Positions 63,316 to 64,000 of a stretch of 64,000 nucleotides of DNA are shown piece by piece; position 1 is the first letter of the stretch; each line of letters starts with the position of its first letter. The stretch is from assembly GCA_964586775.1 (NCBI GenBank), contig CAZPJD010000184.1, positions 1,668-65,667 of the forward strand, in the 5' to 3' direction. Under the pieces are notes generated by a model. It was not told the origin of the DNA, did not search any database, and saw only the letters and a list, made by a program, of their open reading frames with translations. Origin of the DNA: an uncultured bacterium (GTDB lineage Bacteria > Lernaellota > Lernaellaia > JACKCT01). A program made the translations under genes and the position numbers.

Positions 63316-64000
63316 ATGTGCGGAATCGTGGGATACGTCGGCCATCGCAACTCGGTGGACGTGCTGTTGGAAGGGCTGCGTAAGCTCGAATACCGGGGCT
63401 ACGACTCCGCCGGCGTGGCGCTCCTCGGCAATGGCGAGATTCTGCTGCGCCGCAGCGTCGGCAAGCTCGTGAATCTCGAAATGAGCCTGCGCGACGACCC
63501 GCTGTCGAGCCCCGTCGGCGTCGGCCACACGCGCTGGGCCACGCACGGCGCGCCCACCGAGCACAACGCGCATCCCCACGTCGTCAACGGCGTGGCCATC
63601 GTTCACAACGGCATCATCGAGAACCACACCGAGCTGCGCGAGGAGTTCGTCGCGGCGGGGCGCGACATCAAGAGCGAGACCGACACCGAGCTCGTCGCGC
63701 ACCTCATCGACATCGCCCGCTCGCGCGGCCTCGGACTGCTCGACGCCGTGCGCGAGGCGCTTTCGCGCGTCGAAGGCGTTTACGCGTTGCTCGTCGTCAG
63801 CCCGACCGAGCCCGATCAGATCATCGCCGCGCGCAAGTCGAGCCCGCTGATCCTGGGCATCGGCGACGGCGAGAATTTCATCGCGTCGGACGTGCCCGCG
63901 CTGCTGCGTTACACGAACCGCGTGATCTATCTGGAAGACGACGACATCGCACTCGTGCGCCGCGAAGGCGTGCAGGTGTGGAAGCTCGACGGCACACCTC
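63316..64000 (+). CDS. glmS: Glutamine--fructose-6-phosphate aminotransferase (5' part; continues beyond the window)
   Basis: Not in the ORF track because no stop lies inside the window. SD GAAGGGAG then ATG 63316. MCGIVGYVG (Ntn Cys), LEYRGYDSAGVA, GHTRWATHG. Confidence 0.9.
   Translation, partial: MCGIVGYVGHRNSVDVLLEGLRKLEYRGYDSAGVALLGNGEILLRRSVGKLVNLEMSLRDDPLSSPVGVGHTRWATHGAPTEHNAHPHVVNGVAIVHNGIIENHTELREEFVAAGRDIKSETDTELVAHLIDIARSRGLGLLDAVREALSRVEGVYALLVVSPTEPDQIIAARKSSPLILGIGDGENFIASDVPALLRYTNRVIYLEDDDIALVRREGVQVWKLDGTP

Overview
Densely coding, high-G+C chromosomal segment (about two-thirds G+C by eye) from a diderm bacterium that I cannot place taxonomically from sequence alone. Contents in order:
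- a 5'-truncated ATP-grasp/PHP/glycosyltransferase fusion gene, then a crotonase;
- a same-strand cell-surface locus: TonB-dependent receptor, PQQ-like beta-propeller lipoprotein, two tandem ~850-aa paralogs with thrombospondin-type-3-like repeats and poly-Asp tails, and another poly-Asp lipoprotein;
- an NCS2 purine permease and a DUF4266/DUF3570-like pair;
- the rimP-nusA-ylxR-infB-DUF503-rbfA-nrnA-truB operon (minus strand), preceded by a leader terminator;
- tRNA-Sec (selC), a DODA-type extradiol dioxygenase, gltB-gltD, an alpha/beta hydrolase and a CoA-transferase;
- a tightly coupled arginine operon (unknown P-loop gene-argC-argB-M20 deacylase-argR-argG) with an ARG box;
- a 2-oxoacid dehydrogenase E1alpha/E1beta/E2 cluster;
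- BatD-like/MoxR/DUF58 genes interrupted by nested palindromic repeats;
- an AT-rich islet with one MazG-like/zinc-ribbon gene next to tRNA-Gly(CCC);
- yacG, a crotonyl-CoA carboxylase/reductase-CBS fusion, rsmG and a polytopic spermidine-synthase-like protein;
- a lower-GC two-gene ATPase + Toprim-like (DUF4276-like) islet;
- an Mla/MCE transporter operon and the 5' part of glmS.
Best candidates for new biology: (1) the ATPase + DUF4276-like pair at 57.3-59.4 kb, a putative defence module; (2) the AT-rich MazG-like singleton at 50.3-51.3 kb; (3) the ARG-box-controlled P-loop gene that leads an arginine operon with no recognisable N-acetylglutamate synthase. No CRISPR array, rRNA, transposase or integrase was seen. 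Many long ORFs in the track are antisense artefacts of the high G+C content and are not reported as genes.
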